This document shows positions 17,924-26,048 of a stretch of DNA of 64,000 nt, piece after piece; positions within the stretch are counted from its first letter, which is position 1; every line of letters starts with the position of its first letter. The notes beneath the pieces were generated by a model. That model saw only the letters and a list, made by a program, of their open reading frames with translations, made no database searches and was not told the DNA's origin. The DNA comes from an uncultured Opitutus sp. (GTDB lineage Bacteria; Verrucomicrobiota; Verrucomicrobiia; Opitutales; Opitutaceae), in assembly GCA_964476965.1 (NCBI GenBank), contig CAYZCV010000003.1, forward strand, positions 1,184-65,183, in the 5' to 3' direction. The translations under genes were made by a program, and so were the position numbers.

Positions 17924-18658
17924 TCAAAGGATAATCGGCTCCGCAAGCATATTGAACGCATCCATTTGCGCTTTGCTGCGACTGCCGAGATCGTGTTCGA
18001 TCAGCTCGTGGAGGTGGTACTCCATCGCCCGCTTGGCGCCGAAGGAGTCTGAGGCCGCGATGGCATGATAAATGTCGGCGTGCTTGGCCTGGACCATTTT
18101 GCGACGCGCATCGTAAACCGCCTTGTTCGAGGCCGGCTTTTCGCCGACGTTCGGCCCGGCCAGGACGCGCTCAAGGAGGTGCAGGCGAACAATCTCTTTT
18201 TTCATGAGATGGTTCTTCGCCGCCTCCATGATGGCCAAGTGAAACCGGGCGTCCTCCCGCGCGAGTTCCTGCAACATCGGGTGCTCCTGCTCCGACATGC
18301 GGATCCGCTCCACCAGGTCACCCATGGTCTCCAGCGCCTGCCGGATCTCGCGGAGGTCCGCGTCCGTGCGATTGCGCGCCGCCAGGCCGGCCGCATGACT
18401 TTCCAGCGCCAGCCGGAGATCACACATCTCACGGAACTCCTTTAAATCGATAGATTTAACTGTCGCACCCAGGTGGGGCTTGATCTCCACCAGTCCATCC
18501 GCCTCCAATTTGCGCAGGGCATCCCGGATCGGCGTGCGACTGACCTTGATCTCCTCCGCCAGGTAGCCGGTCATCAGCGCAAAGCCCGGGGGAAACTGGC
18601 CGTTCAGCACCCGTTTGCGGATATAGTCATAGGCAACATCTGTGTTGACACTTTTCAT
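17924..18658 (-). CDS. GntR-family transcriptional regulator, FadR subfamily (FCD effector domain); NanR-like
   Basis: N-terminal winged HTH (YLAEEIKVSRTPIRDALRKLEADGLV) plus an all-helical C-terminal FCD-type domain. Divergent from the 18784 operon. Confidence 0.9.
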   Translation of the reverse strand: MKSVNTDVAYDYIRKRVLNGQFPPGFALMTGYLAEEIKVSRTPIRDALRKLEADGLVEIKPHLGATVKSIDLKEFREMCDLRLALESHAAGLAARNRTDADLREIRQALETMGDLVERIRMSEQEHPMLQELAREDARFHLAIMEAAKNHLMKKEIVRLHLLERVLAGPNVGEKPASNKAVYDARRKMVQAKHADIYHAIAASDSFGAKRAMEYHLHELIEHDLGSRSKAQMDAFNMLAEPIIL

Positions 18659-18674
18659 CTCCGGATCGACCTCT

Positions 18675-18689
18675 CAGTGTATACAATAG
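18675..18689 (+). promoter_or_regulatory. Candidate operator of the FadR-type GntR regulator, copy 2 (CAGTGTATACAATAG)
   Basis: Lies in the 125-bp divergent region between the GntR gene (start 18658) and the eight-gene operon (start 18784). It has the same orientation relative to the downstream catabolic gene as copy 1. Confidence 0.55.
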
Positions 18690-18783
18690 AATTTGCCCCA
18701 CACGCAATCCTCCGTTCAGATATTCTGACCGGATGTGCAGGCCAGATCGAAACCCCGGCAGGTTTTCCTAACCCCAAATCCAC

Positions 18784-19797
18784 GTGCATTCACTTCTCGT
18801 TATCGGCTGCGGAAGCATAGGCGAGCGTCATTTGCGTTGCTTCCAGGCGACCGGCCGGGCCCGGCCCACCGCCTGCGACGCCTCCCCTGCCCTGCTCGAG
18901 ACCATTGCGAGGACCTACCAGGTTCCGACGACGACCGACTGGCAGCAGGCGCTGGCCACCGGCTCATTTGACGCGGCGGTCATCTGCACCCCCGCCCACC
19001 TCCACGTGCCGATGGCGACGCAGATCCTGAAGCAGGGCATTCCGGTCCTGATCGAGAAGCCGCTCTCGCAATCGCTCGCCGGCATTCAGGAACTCATCCA
19101 GACCCGCGATGCGTCCCGCCGGGTCGCGGTGGTCGCCTACGTGCTCCACGTGTTCCCCATCCTCAGCCAGGTGCGCGATTTCCTCCGCAGCGGTGCGCTC
19201 GGGCCGGTGCTGCACGCCACCAGCGTCAGCGGCCAGAATTTTCCGAGTCTCCGGCCGGCGCACGCCGCGCACTACTCGAAGACGTACTACCGCGACCGCA
19301 AGATGGGCGGCGGCGCGATTCAGGATGCCCTCACCCACACGGCCAACTGGATGGAGAGCGTGCTCGGGCCGACCGACAGCTTGATCTGCGACTGCGCGCA
19401 TCTCGCTGTTCCCGACGTCACGGTCGAGGACACCGTCCACATCAGCGCGCGCAACGGCGGCGCACTCGTGAACTACTCCCTCAACCAGTTCCAGGCGCCC
19501 AACGAGTCAACCCTCCAGTTCAACACCGCGCAGGGCAGCGTGCGCATCGACCTGCACCTGCGGCGCTGGGGCTGGTTCCGTCTCGGCGACAAGGACTGGA
19601 CCTGGAACGAGGTCCCCGCCGTCGAGCGCGACACCCACTTCACCGAACAGGCCAATCGCTTCCTCGACCTGATCGAGGGGAAGCCAGCTCAACTCTGCTC
19701 TCTCGAGGCCGCGCTGCAGACGCTCCGCTTCAATCTCGCCGCCCTGGAGTCCGCCGAGTCCGGCTCCCGCGTGGCCTGCGCCACGGTCAAGGGCTAG
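18784..19797 (+). CDS. Gfo/Idh/MocA-family NAD(P)-dependent oxidoreductase
   Basis: GTG start. LLVIGCGSIGERH Rossmann motif, AVICTPAHLH and LIEKPL (EKP motif). Confidence 0.85.
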   Translation: MHSLLVIGCGSIGERHLRCFQATGRARPTACDASPALLETIARTYQVPTTTDWQQALATGSFDAAVICTPAHLHVPMATQILKQGIPVLIEKPLSQSLAGIQELIQTRDASRRVAVVAYVLHVFPILSQVRDFLRSGALGPVLHATSVSGQNFPSLRPAHAAHYSKTYYRDRKMGGGAIQDALTHTANWMESVLGPTDSLICDCAHLAVPDVTVEDTVHISARNGGALVNYSLNQFQAPNESTLQFNTAQGSVRIDLHLRRWGWFRLGDKDWTWNEVPAVERDTHFTEQANRFLDLIEGKPAQLCSLEAALQTLRFNLAALESAESGSRVACATVKG

Positions 19798-19823
19798 CTC
19801 CTCTCCTCCGCTCCCCCGTCGCC

Positions 19824-21116
19824 ATGAAACGAGCCCACACCCGCCCGCCTTCCGCGCGCACCTCCCAGGCGCCCGCTCGTCCCGTCCGCAAGTCCCGCCC
19901 GGCCGCCGCCGCCCGTCCCGCCATCGACATCGATGCGAACCGGCGCCTGCTGAACAATTATCGCTTCGTCGAACACGAGGGCCTGCGCCTGCTCGCCGGC
20001 TGGCTGCCCCGCGCCGCGACCTTCGAGCTCAAGTGCGAGATGGGCCGCACGCTCTGGGAATACTCCCAGCACGTGAACGCCCTCTACCTGCGCCTGCGCG
20101 AAATCCAGTCGCCCGCCTTCCAGCTGCCGTCAGATCCCGCCCTCGTCCAGGTCATGCGCGAGCTCGTCCACGCGCCCGATGAATTCGGATTCCTGCTCGC
20201 CCTCTTCCGCGAGATCAACCCGAGCCTGATCCGCGCCCTCGAGTCACACGAGAAGGCCACCTTCCCCAACAGCGACCAGCCGAGCGTGCACGTGATCAGC
20301 CACGCCCTCCTCGACCTGCGCGGCCAGATGGCCCGCGTCGAGCCCCTGCTTCGCGCCGCCGAGCGCGCCGGCAAGGTCACCCCGGCCGCCCGCCAGTGGC
20401 AGCGCTACATCGCCCGCCTGCTCGCCGCCGCCGGCGGCGTCAGCGGGCGCGAGAAGCGCGCCGCCGCCCCGGTGGCCGCGCCCGCCGTCCGGACGGAATT
20501 CAAAATGCCGCGCGAGGCCGCCCGCGACGAGCGCTTCACCAATCTGCTCGCCGACCAGGTCGCCATGCCCAATGAGGAACTCTACGATGCGCACACCGTC
20601 GAGGAGTTCGAGCGCTACTCCACCGAGATGCTCGCGGCGGAGACGGTCGCCTTCATCCTCTACAGCGTCGAGGGCATGCCCTGGGAGTTCCAGTACGACA
20701 GCGCCCGCCATCTCTACGACGAGGTCCGGCACTGCCTGATGGGCTACGAGTGGATGCGCGCCCACGGCATGAATCCCTTCAAGTCGCCGCAGTATGTCCA
20801 CATCTACAAGTGGCGGAGTCAGTTTCCGCCCGTCATGCAGTACTGCATGCTCACCATGGGCAATGAGGAGCACGCCTTTCCCTACCGCCACCGCCGCGTC
20901 GAGGCCCACCAGCAGGCCGGTGACAAGCTGAGCGAGCAGTTCGTGCGCTACGACATCGCCGACGAGACCCAGCATGTGCGCTTTGGCCGCCGCTGGCTGC
21001 CCGAGCTGCTCAAGCATGTCGGGGAAAAGCGCTCGCTCGCCGACTACAGCACCGCCGTGCTCAAGGTCTGGGCGGATGAGTACCGCACCGGCAAGCTCAC
21101 CCTCAACGTCGAGTAA
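19824..21116 (+). CDS. Ferritin-like (di-iron carboxylate type) protein of unknown function
   Basis: The C-terminal half carries an E...ExxH...E...ExxH pattern: EMLAAE, DEVRH, NEEH, DETQH (about nt 20625-20975). The protein looks largely helical. The N-terminus is basic and Pro/Ala-rich. No family assigned with certainty (DUF455-like from memory). Confidence 0.45.
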   Translation: MKRAHTRPPSARTSQAPARPVRKSRPAAAARPAIDIDANRRLLNNYRFVEHEGLRLLAGWLPRAATFELKCEMGRTLWEYSQHVNALYLRLREIQSPAFQLPSDPALVQVMRELVHAPDEFGFLLALFREINPSLIRALESHEKATFPNSDQPSVHVISHALLDLRGQMARVEPLLRAAERAGKVTPAARQWQRYIARLLAAAGGVSGREKRAAAPVAAPAVRTEFKMPREAARDERFTNLLADQVAMPNEELYDAHTVEEFERYSTEMLAAETVAFILYSVEGMPWEFQYDSARHLYDEVRHCLMGYEWMRAHGMNPFKSPQYVHIYKWRSQFPPVMQYCMLTMGNEEHAFPYRHRRVEAHQQAGDKLSEQFVRYDIADETQHVRFGRRWLPELLKHVGEKRSLADYSTAVLKVWADEYRTGKLTLNVE

Positions 21117-21129
21117 GCCCCGCCCACCC

Positions 21130-22089
21130 ATGAGCCTGGTCAAGCATCCCCACGCCATCCGCCTCGCGATGCTCGGCTGCACGCCGGGCAACGGCCATCC
21201 CTACTCGTGGAGCGCCATGTTCAATGGCTACAACCGCGAGGCGATGACCAAGGAGTGTCCCTTCGCCGGCATCCCCGTCTACCTCAACAAGCAGCCGACC
21301 GAGGGCTTCACCATCCCCGGCGCCCAGGTCACGCATATCTGCTGCACCGGTGAGGGCGGCTTCACCGCGGAACATGTCGCGAAGTGCTCCCTCATCCCGC
21401 ACGTGGTCAAGGAGCCCACGGATGTGATCGGACACGTGGACGCCGTCATCATCGCGACCGACATCGGCGGCGAACACGTGGAGCGCGCCCGCCCGTTCAT
21501 CGAGGCCGGTCTGCCCGTCTTCATCGACAAGCCGCTCACCGACAACGCGCCGGATCTGCGGACGTTCATCGCCTGGGCCGACGCCGGCCGGCCGCTCATG
21601 TCCTCCAGCAGCATGCGCTACGCGAAGGAATACCTGCCCTACCGCATCTCCACCCGCGAGCTCGGCGCCCTCCGCTACGTCAGCATCACGACCCCGAAGA
21701 GCTGGGAGACCTACGGCATCCACGCTCTGGAGGGCATGTACCCGATCCTCGGTCCGGGCTTCCTCAGCGCCCGCAACACCGGCTCGCCCTCCCGCAATGT
21801 CGTCCACCTCAAGCACCAGAACGGGGCCGATGTCATCGTCGTGGCCAACGCCGACATGTACGGCGGCTTCGGCTGCCTGCAGCTGATCGGCACCGCCGGC
21901 CACGTCAACCTGACCACCGGCGACACGTTCTTTTCCTTCAAGTCGCAACTCGAGGCCTTCATTAGCTATCTGCGCACCGGCACGCGTCCGTTCCCGTTCT
22001 CCGAGACCGTCGAACTGATGCGCCTGCTCATCGCCAGCCTCCGCAGCCGCGACGAGGGTGGCCGCGAGGTCCCTCTCACTGAAATCTAA
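21130..22089 (+). CDS. Divergent Gfo/Idh/MocA-like oxidoreductase
   Basis: Track ORF 20974..22089 trimmed to ATG 21130 (MSLVKHPHAIRLAMLG). Has DAVIIATDIGGEH...AGLPVFIDKPL (EKP-like DKP). The glycine-rich loop is atypical (LGCTPGNGHPYSW). Confidence 0.55.
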   Translation: MSLVKHPHAIRLAMLGCTPGNGHPYSWSAMFNGYNREAMTKECPFAGIPVYLNKQPTEGFTIPGAQVTHICCTGEGGFTAEHVAKCSLIPHVVKEPTDVIGHVDAVIIATDIGGEHVERARPFIEAGLPVFIDKPLTDNAPDLRTFIAWADAGRPLMSSSSMRYAKEYLPYRISTRELGALRYVSITTPKSWETYGIHALEGMYPILGPGFLSARNTGSPSRNVVHLKHQNGADVIVVANADMYGGFGCLQLIGTAGHVNLTTGDTFFSFKSQLEAFISYLRTGTRPFPFSETVELMRLLIASLRSRDEGGREVPLTEI

Positions 22090-22106
22090 GCACCCACCCC
22101 ACCCCT

Positions 22107-22928
22107 ATGAACCTCCGCCCCAGCCGCGTGCTCAAGCTCCTGCGCGAAAAGCAGCTCCCGACCGTCCTCAAGATCAACCTGTCGGACCCGCGGGTCACCG
22201 AGATCGCCGGCCTCAGCGGCGTCGACGCCGTCTGGCTCTGCATGGAGCACGTGCCCAATGACTGGGTCGGCATCGAGAACCAGGTCCGCGCGGCACGGGT
22301 CCACAACATCGACAGCTTCGTCCGCGTCGGCCGCGGCAGCTACAGCGACTACATCCGCCCGTTTGAGGCTGACGCCACCGGCATCATCGTGCCCCACGTC
22401 GCCAGCGCGGCCGAGGCCCGGCAGATCGTCGAGTGGGTCCGCTTCCATCCGATCGGCAAGCGCGCCCTCGACGGCGGCAACATCGACGGGCAGTTCTGCC
22501 TCGTCCCGATGGACGAGTATATCCGCCACTCCAATACCGAGCGGGTCGTCATTCTCCAGATCGAGTCCCCCGAGGCGCTCGAGAATGTCGAGGCGATCGC
22601 GGCCGTTCCGGGCTTCGACGGCATTCTCTTCGGCCCGGGCGACTTCAGCCACCGCATCGGCAAGGCCGGCCAGATCGACGCCCCCGAGGTCGTCGCGGCC
22701 CGCAAGCGTGTCGCCGTCGCGGCCCGCCAGCACGGCAAGTTCCTCATGACCGCCGGCCTGATCGCCCCGCTCGAGGAGCTCGTCGCCGAGGGCTATCACG
22801 TGATCGGTATCGGCGCCGACGTGGTCGCCATCACCAGCTACGCCAAGCAGCGCCTCGATCTGGTCCGCGGCCTGATCGACAAGCTCCCGCCGACGCTCAA
22901 GCCGGCCCTGCGCTCGCCCTACGCCTGA
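22107..22928 (+). CDS. HpcH/HpaI-family class-II (metal-dependent) pyruvate aldolase
   Basis: DAVWLCMEH, VRVG, GIIVPHV, ILQIES and LFGPGDFS are typical of HpaI / 2-keto-3-deoxy-acid aldolases. Confidence 0.85.
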   Translation: MNLRPSRVLKLLREKQLPTVLKINLSDPRVTEIAGLSGVDAVWLCMEHVPNDWVGIENQVRAARVHNIDSFVRVGRGSYSDYIRPFEADATGIIVPHVASAAEARQIVEWVRFHPIGKRALDGGNIDGQFCLVPMDEYIRHSNTERVVILQIESPEALENVEAIAAVPGFDGILFGPGDFSHRIGKAGQIDAPEVVAARKRVAVAARQHGKFLMTAGLIAPLEELVAEGYHVIGIGADVVAITSYAKQRLDLVRGLIDKLPPTLKPALRSPYA

Positions 22929-22975
22929 GTCGCCCCGCGTTCCGGCGCCCGTCCCGCCCCCGCCCTCCGCCGCCC

Positions 22976-23734
22976 ATGCGCCTCGCCTCGCTCGTCACGG
23001 TCGTCACGGGCGGAGCCTCCGGCTTTGGCGAGGGCATCGCCGAAACCTTCGCCGCCGAGGGCGCACGCGTGGTCGTGGCCGATCTCAACGCGGACGCAGG
23101 GGAGGCCCTCGCCGCGCGGCTGCGGGCGGCTGGACACGCGGCCCGGTTCTGCCGCACGGATGTCACCCGGACCGACGACATGGCCCGGCTCGTCGCCGAC
23201 TGCCTCGCGCACTTCGGCCGCCTGGACGTGATGGTCAACAACGCCGGCATCAGCCACGCCAACCAGCCCATGCTCAACGTGGGCGAGGCCGAGTTCGACC
23301 GGATCTTTCAGGTCAACGTCAAGAGCCTCTACCTGGCCGCCGTCCACTGCGTGCCCGTTTTTCGCCGCCAGGGCGGCGGCAGCTTCATCAATATCGGCTC
23401 CACCGCCGCCGTCCGCCCGCGCCCGGGCCTTACCTGGTACAATGGCTCCAAGGGCGCAGTCCTGCTGCTGACCAAATCCATGGCGGTCGAACTCGCGCCC
23501 GACCGGATCCGCGTCAACGCGATCAATCCCGCCCTCGCCGAGACTCCGCTGCTGGCGACGTTCATGGGCGGGAATGATACGCCCGAGCTGCGCGCGAAGT
23601 TCCTCGCGTCCATTCCGCTCGGCCGCCTTGGCCAGGCCCGCGACGTCGCGCACGCCGCCGTCTTTCTCGCCGATCCCGCCTCCGACTTCATCACGGGCGC
23701 CTGCCTCGAGGTCGACGGCGGCCGCTGCATCTGA
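22976..23734 (+). CDS. Short-chain dehydrogenase/reductase (SDR)
   Basis: Track ORF 22433..23734 trimmed to ATG 22976 (MRLASLVTVVTGGASGFGEG). NNAG, YNGSKGA (YxxxK), C-terminal GACLEVDGG. Confidence 0.9.
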   Translation: MRLASLVTVVTGGASGFGEGIAETFAAEGARVVVADLNADAGEALAARLRAAGHAARFCRTDVTRTDDMARLVADCLAHFGRLDVMVNNAGISHANQPMLNVGEAEFDRIFQVNVKSLYLAAVHCVPVFRRQGGGSFINIGSTAAVRPRPGLTWYNGSKGAVLLLTKSMAVELAPDRIRVNAINPALAETPLLATFMGGNDTPELRAKFLASIPLGRLGQARDVAHAAVFLADPASDFITGACLEVDGGRCI

Positions 23735-23754
23735 ATCCTTTCCTCCTCCCTCCC

Positions 23755-24543
23755 ATGGCTGAAACCACCACCATCTCCCTCCACGACAAAGTCATCATCC
23801 AATTCGGCGGCACCGGCCTGCTCGGTCGCGCGCTCGTGAAGTCCCTCTCGTCGGCCGGCGCCAACCTCATCGTCGCCTCCCGCAACCGCGCCGCCCTCGA
23901 ATCCCTCGCCGCCTCAGAGCTCGCGGCCGGACGCACCGTCCGGATCGAGGAAACCGACATCGGCTCCGAGGAGTCGCTCCTCGCCCTCCGCGACCGCGTG
24001 CTCAAGGCCCACGGCCGCGTCGACGGCATCGTCTTCAACGCCGTGGCCCGCCCGATGCGGTCGATGGATGACGACCTCTCCATCTGGCGCGCCTCGATGG
24101 AGGTCAACGCGACCGGCTTCTTCGCCACCTGCCGCGTGTTTGGTGACGCCATGGCCAAGCAGGCCGAGGGCGGCAGCATCGTGAACATCGGCTCGATCTA
24201 CGGCATGGTCGGCAGCAATCCCTCGCTCTACGAGGGCACGAACATGACCACCGCCCCCGACTACTTCTTCCACAAGGGCGGCATGGTCAACCTCACCCGC
24301 TACCTCGCCTCCCACTACGGTCCGCAGCGCGTCCGCGTCAATGTCGTCTCCCCCGGTGGCATCTACAATCCGGAGAAGCCCCAGGCCCCCGAGTTCATCG
24401 CCCGCTACAACAAGATCACCATGCTAGGCCGCATGTGCGACGCCCGCGAGGTCGGCGGCGCAGTCATCTTCCTGCTCAGCGACGCCTCCACCTACGTCAC
24501 GGGCGCCAACCTTCCGGTCGACGGCGGCCACACCGCCAAATGA
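23755..24543 (+). CDS. Short-chain dehydrogenase/reductase (SDR), paralogue of 42497..43291
   Basis: Glycine-rich loop (IQFGGTGLLGRA), YFFHK (YxxxK), NLPVDGG. The long block PDYFFHKGGMVNLTRYLASHYGP..VRVN..SPGG is shared with the SDR at 42497..43291. Confidence 0.85.
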   Translation: MAETTTISLHDKVIIQFGGTGLLGRALVKSLSSAGANLIVASRNRAALESLAASELAAGRTVRIEETDIGSEESLLALRDRVLKAHGRVDGIVFNAVARPMRSMDDDLSIWRASMEVNATGFFATCRVFGDAMAKQAEGGSIVNIGSIYGMVGSNPSLYEGTNMTTAPDYFFHKGGMVNLTRYLASHYGPQRVRVNVVSPGGIYNPEKPQAPEFIARYNKITMLGRMCDAREVGGAVIFLLSDASTYVTGANLPVDGGHTAK

Positions 24544-25319
24544 GCCGCTGGCACTCCCTCGAAGGCAAGACGGTCTGGGTCACCGGCGGCGCCGGTTACC
24601 TCGGTTCCGCCATCACGATCGAACTCGATCAGGTCGCGGCCAAGATTCTCTGCTTCGACCTGCCGGGCCGCGCCGAGGCCCTCGTCCGTGACCACGGGCT
24701 CAAGCGGACTATTCCGCTCACGGTCGACATCAACCGCGCTGACACGCTTCCCGGCGAGCTCGACCGCCTCCTCGCCGAGCACGGAGTCCCTGACGGCGTG
24801 GTCCACCTCGTCACCGCCTCCTCCGGCGGCAAACGTCTTGAGGTCCTCTCGCCTGAGGAGTTTCAACGGACCTTCGATCTTGCGCTCACCCCCACCTTCA
24901 TCCTCTGCCGCACCCTGGCCGAGCGGATGAAGCCCCGGGGCAGCGGCAGCATCGTGCTCTTCGCCAGCATGTACGGCGTGGTCGCGCCCGACGCGCGCAT
25001 CTACCACGATCCCATGGCGCCCAACCCGATCGACTACGGCGCAGCCAAGGCCGCCACGATCCAGCTCACGCGCTACTTCGCCATGCACTACGGTCCGGCC
25101 AACATCCGGTTCAACTGCGTGACCCCCGGCCCGTTCCCGAATCCGACCGTGCAGAAGAACCACCCCGCCTTCATTGCCGACCTGAACAAGAAGACCGTCC
25201 TCGGTCGCGTCGGCCAGAATCCGGAGATCGTGGGCCCGACCCTGTTCCTGCTGACCGACAGCGCGTCCTTCGTCACCGGGCACAGCCTCGTGGTCGACGG
25301 CGGCTGGACCATCTGGTGA
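24540..25319 (+). CDS. Short-chain dehydrogenase/reductase (SDR)
   Basis: Track ORF 24435..25319 trimmed to ATG 24540, which overlaps the previous stop (ATGA). VWVTGGAGYLGSA, YGAAKAA (YxxxK), SLVVDGG. Confidence 0.85.
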   Translation: MSRWHSLEGKTVWVTGGAGYLGSAITIELDQVAAKILCFDLPGRAEALVRDHGLKRTIPLTVDINRADTLPGELDRLLAEHGVPDGVVHLVTASSGGKRLEVLSPEEFQRTFDLALTPTFILCRTLAERMKPRGSGSIVLFASMYGVVAPDARIYHDPMAPNPIDYGAAKAATIQLTRYFAMHYGPANIRFNCVTPGPFPNPTVQKNHPAFIADLNKKTVLGRVGQNPEIVGPTLFLLTDSASFVTGHSLVVDGGWTIW

Positions 25320-25347
25320 ACACCCGCGGCGGCCTGCACCCCGACCA

Positions 25348-26046
25348 TTGCCCATGATCCCTTCCGCCCCGCCGTCCGCCGCGCCATGGGTCGCCCTCCC
25401 CTGTGCGCCAAATGCGGACCGCCCGGCGCCGCAGGAGGCAGGCGGGGTCGACGAAACCTGGCGCCCACTCGGCCAGGCCTGGCGGCGCGCCGGGCTCGAG
25501 CCGGGCTTCAATCCCGGCTGGGCCCGCCTGCGCTGGCAGCCCTCCGCCCTCGAGGTCGAAACGATCTTTCTCGGGCGCAATCCGCGCAACCGGGCCCGTA
25601 AGCTCAACGAGCGCACCTGGGAGTTGGGCGATATCGCCGAGGTCTTCGTGCTGGCGCCGGACGGCCGGACTTATGTGGAGATCCACGTCACGCCGGAGAA
25701 CCAGCGGCTCCAGCTCCGCTGGCCGCGCGACGGCCTCGCCCGCTTCCGGGCCGGTACCGCGACGTTGGAGGACTTTCTCGTGAGCGATCCCACGTGGATC
25801 GCGAGCACGACCCACCTCGGATCTGATTTCTGGTCGGCCCATGCGACGATTCCCTTCACCGCGCTGGGCCTCGATCCCGCCGCGCCGTCTGCGCCCGGAC
25901 CGCGCGTCGCGATCTGCCGCTACGACTGCACCCGCGGCGGCGAGCCCCTGCTTTCGTCCACCGCCCCGCTGCAGGAACCGAACTACCATCGGGTCGACGA
26001 CTGGCCGCCCCTGTCGCTGACCGGCACGCCCACGCCCGCAGCCTGA
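25348..26046 (+). CDS. Hypothetical protein, CBM9/DOMON-like carbohydrate-binding fold (tentative), no signal peptide
   Basis: The pattern LRWQPSALEVETIFLG, WELGDIAEVFV, YVEIHVTPEN and RVAICRYD resembles family-9 carbohydrate-binding-module-like proteins as I recall them. Last gene of the operon. Confidence 0.35.
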   Translation: MPMIPSAPPSAAPWVALPCAPNADRPAPQEAGGVDETWRPLGQAWRRAGLEPGFNPGWARLRWQPSALEVETIFLGRNPRNRARKLNERTWELGDIAEVFVLAPDGRTYVEIHVTPENQRLQLRWPRDGLARFRAGTATLEDFLVSDPTWIASTTHLGSDFWSAHATIPFTALGLDPAAPSAPGPRVAICRYDCTRGGEPLLSSTAPLQEPNYHRVDDWPPLSLTGTPTPAA

Positions 26047-26048
26047 CC

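Noticed and set aside
22433-23734. A 433-aa ORF that looks like a large protein spanning the end of the HpcH aldolase gene and the first SDR. Similar long N-terminal extensions occur in track ORFs 737, 2106, 4309, 20974, 24435, 28057-29466, 29210-31486, 31120-32505, 36479-38560, 50872, 56713 and 59778-61679.
   Set aside because: The upstream portions are out-of-frame overlaps with the preceding gene or Pro/Arg-rich translations of intergenic DNA. In each case an internal ATG gives a canonical family N-terminus (for example MRLASLVTVVTGGASGFG) and a short intergenic gap.
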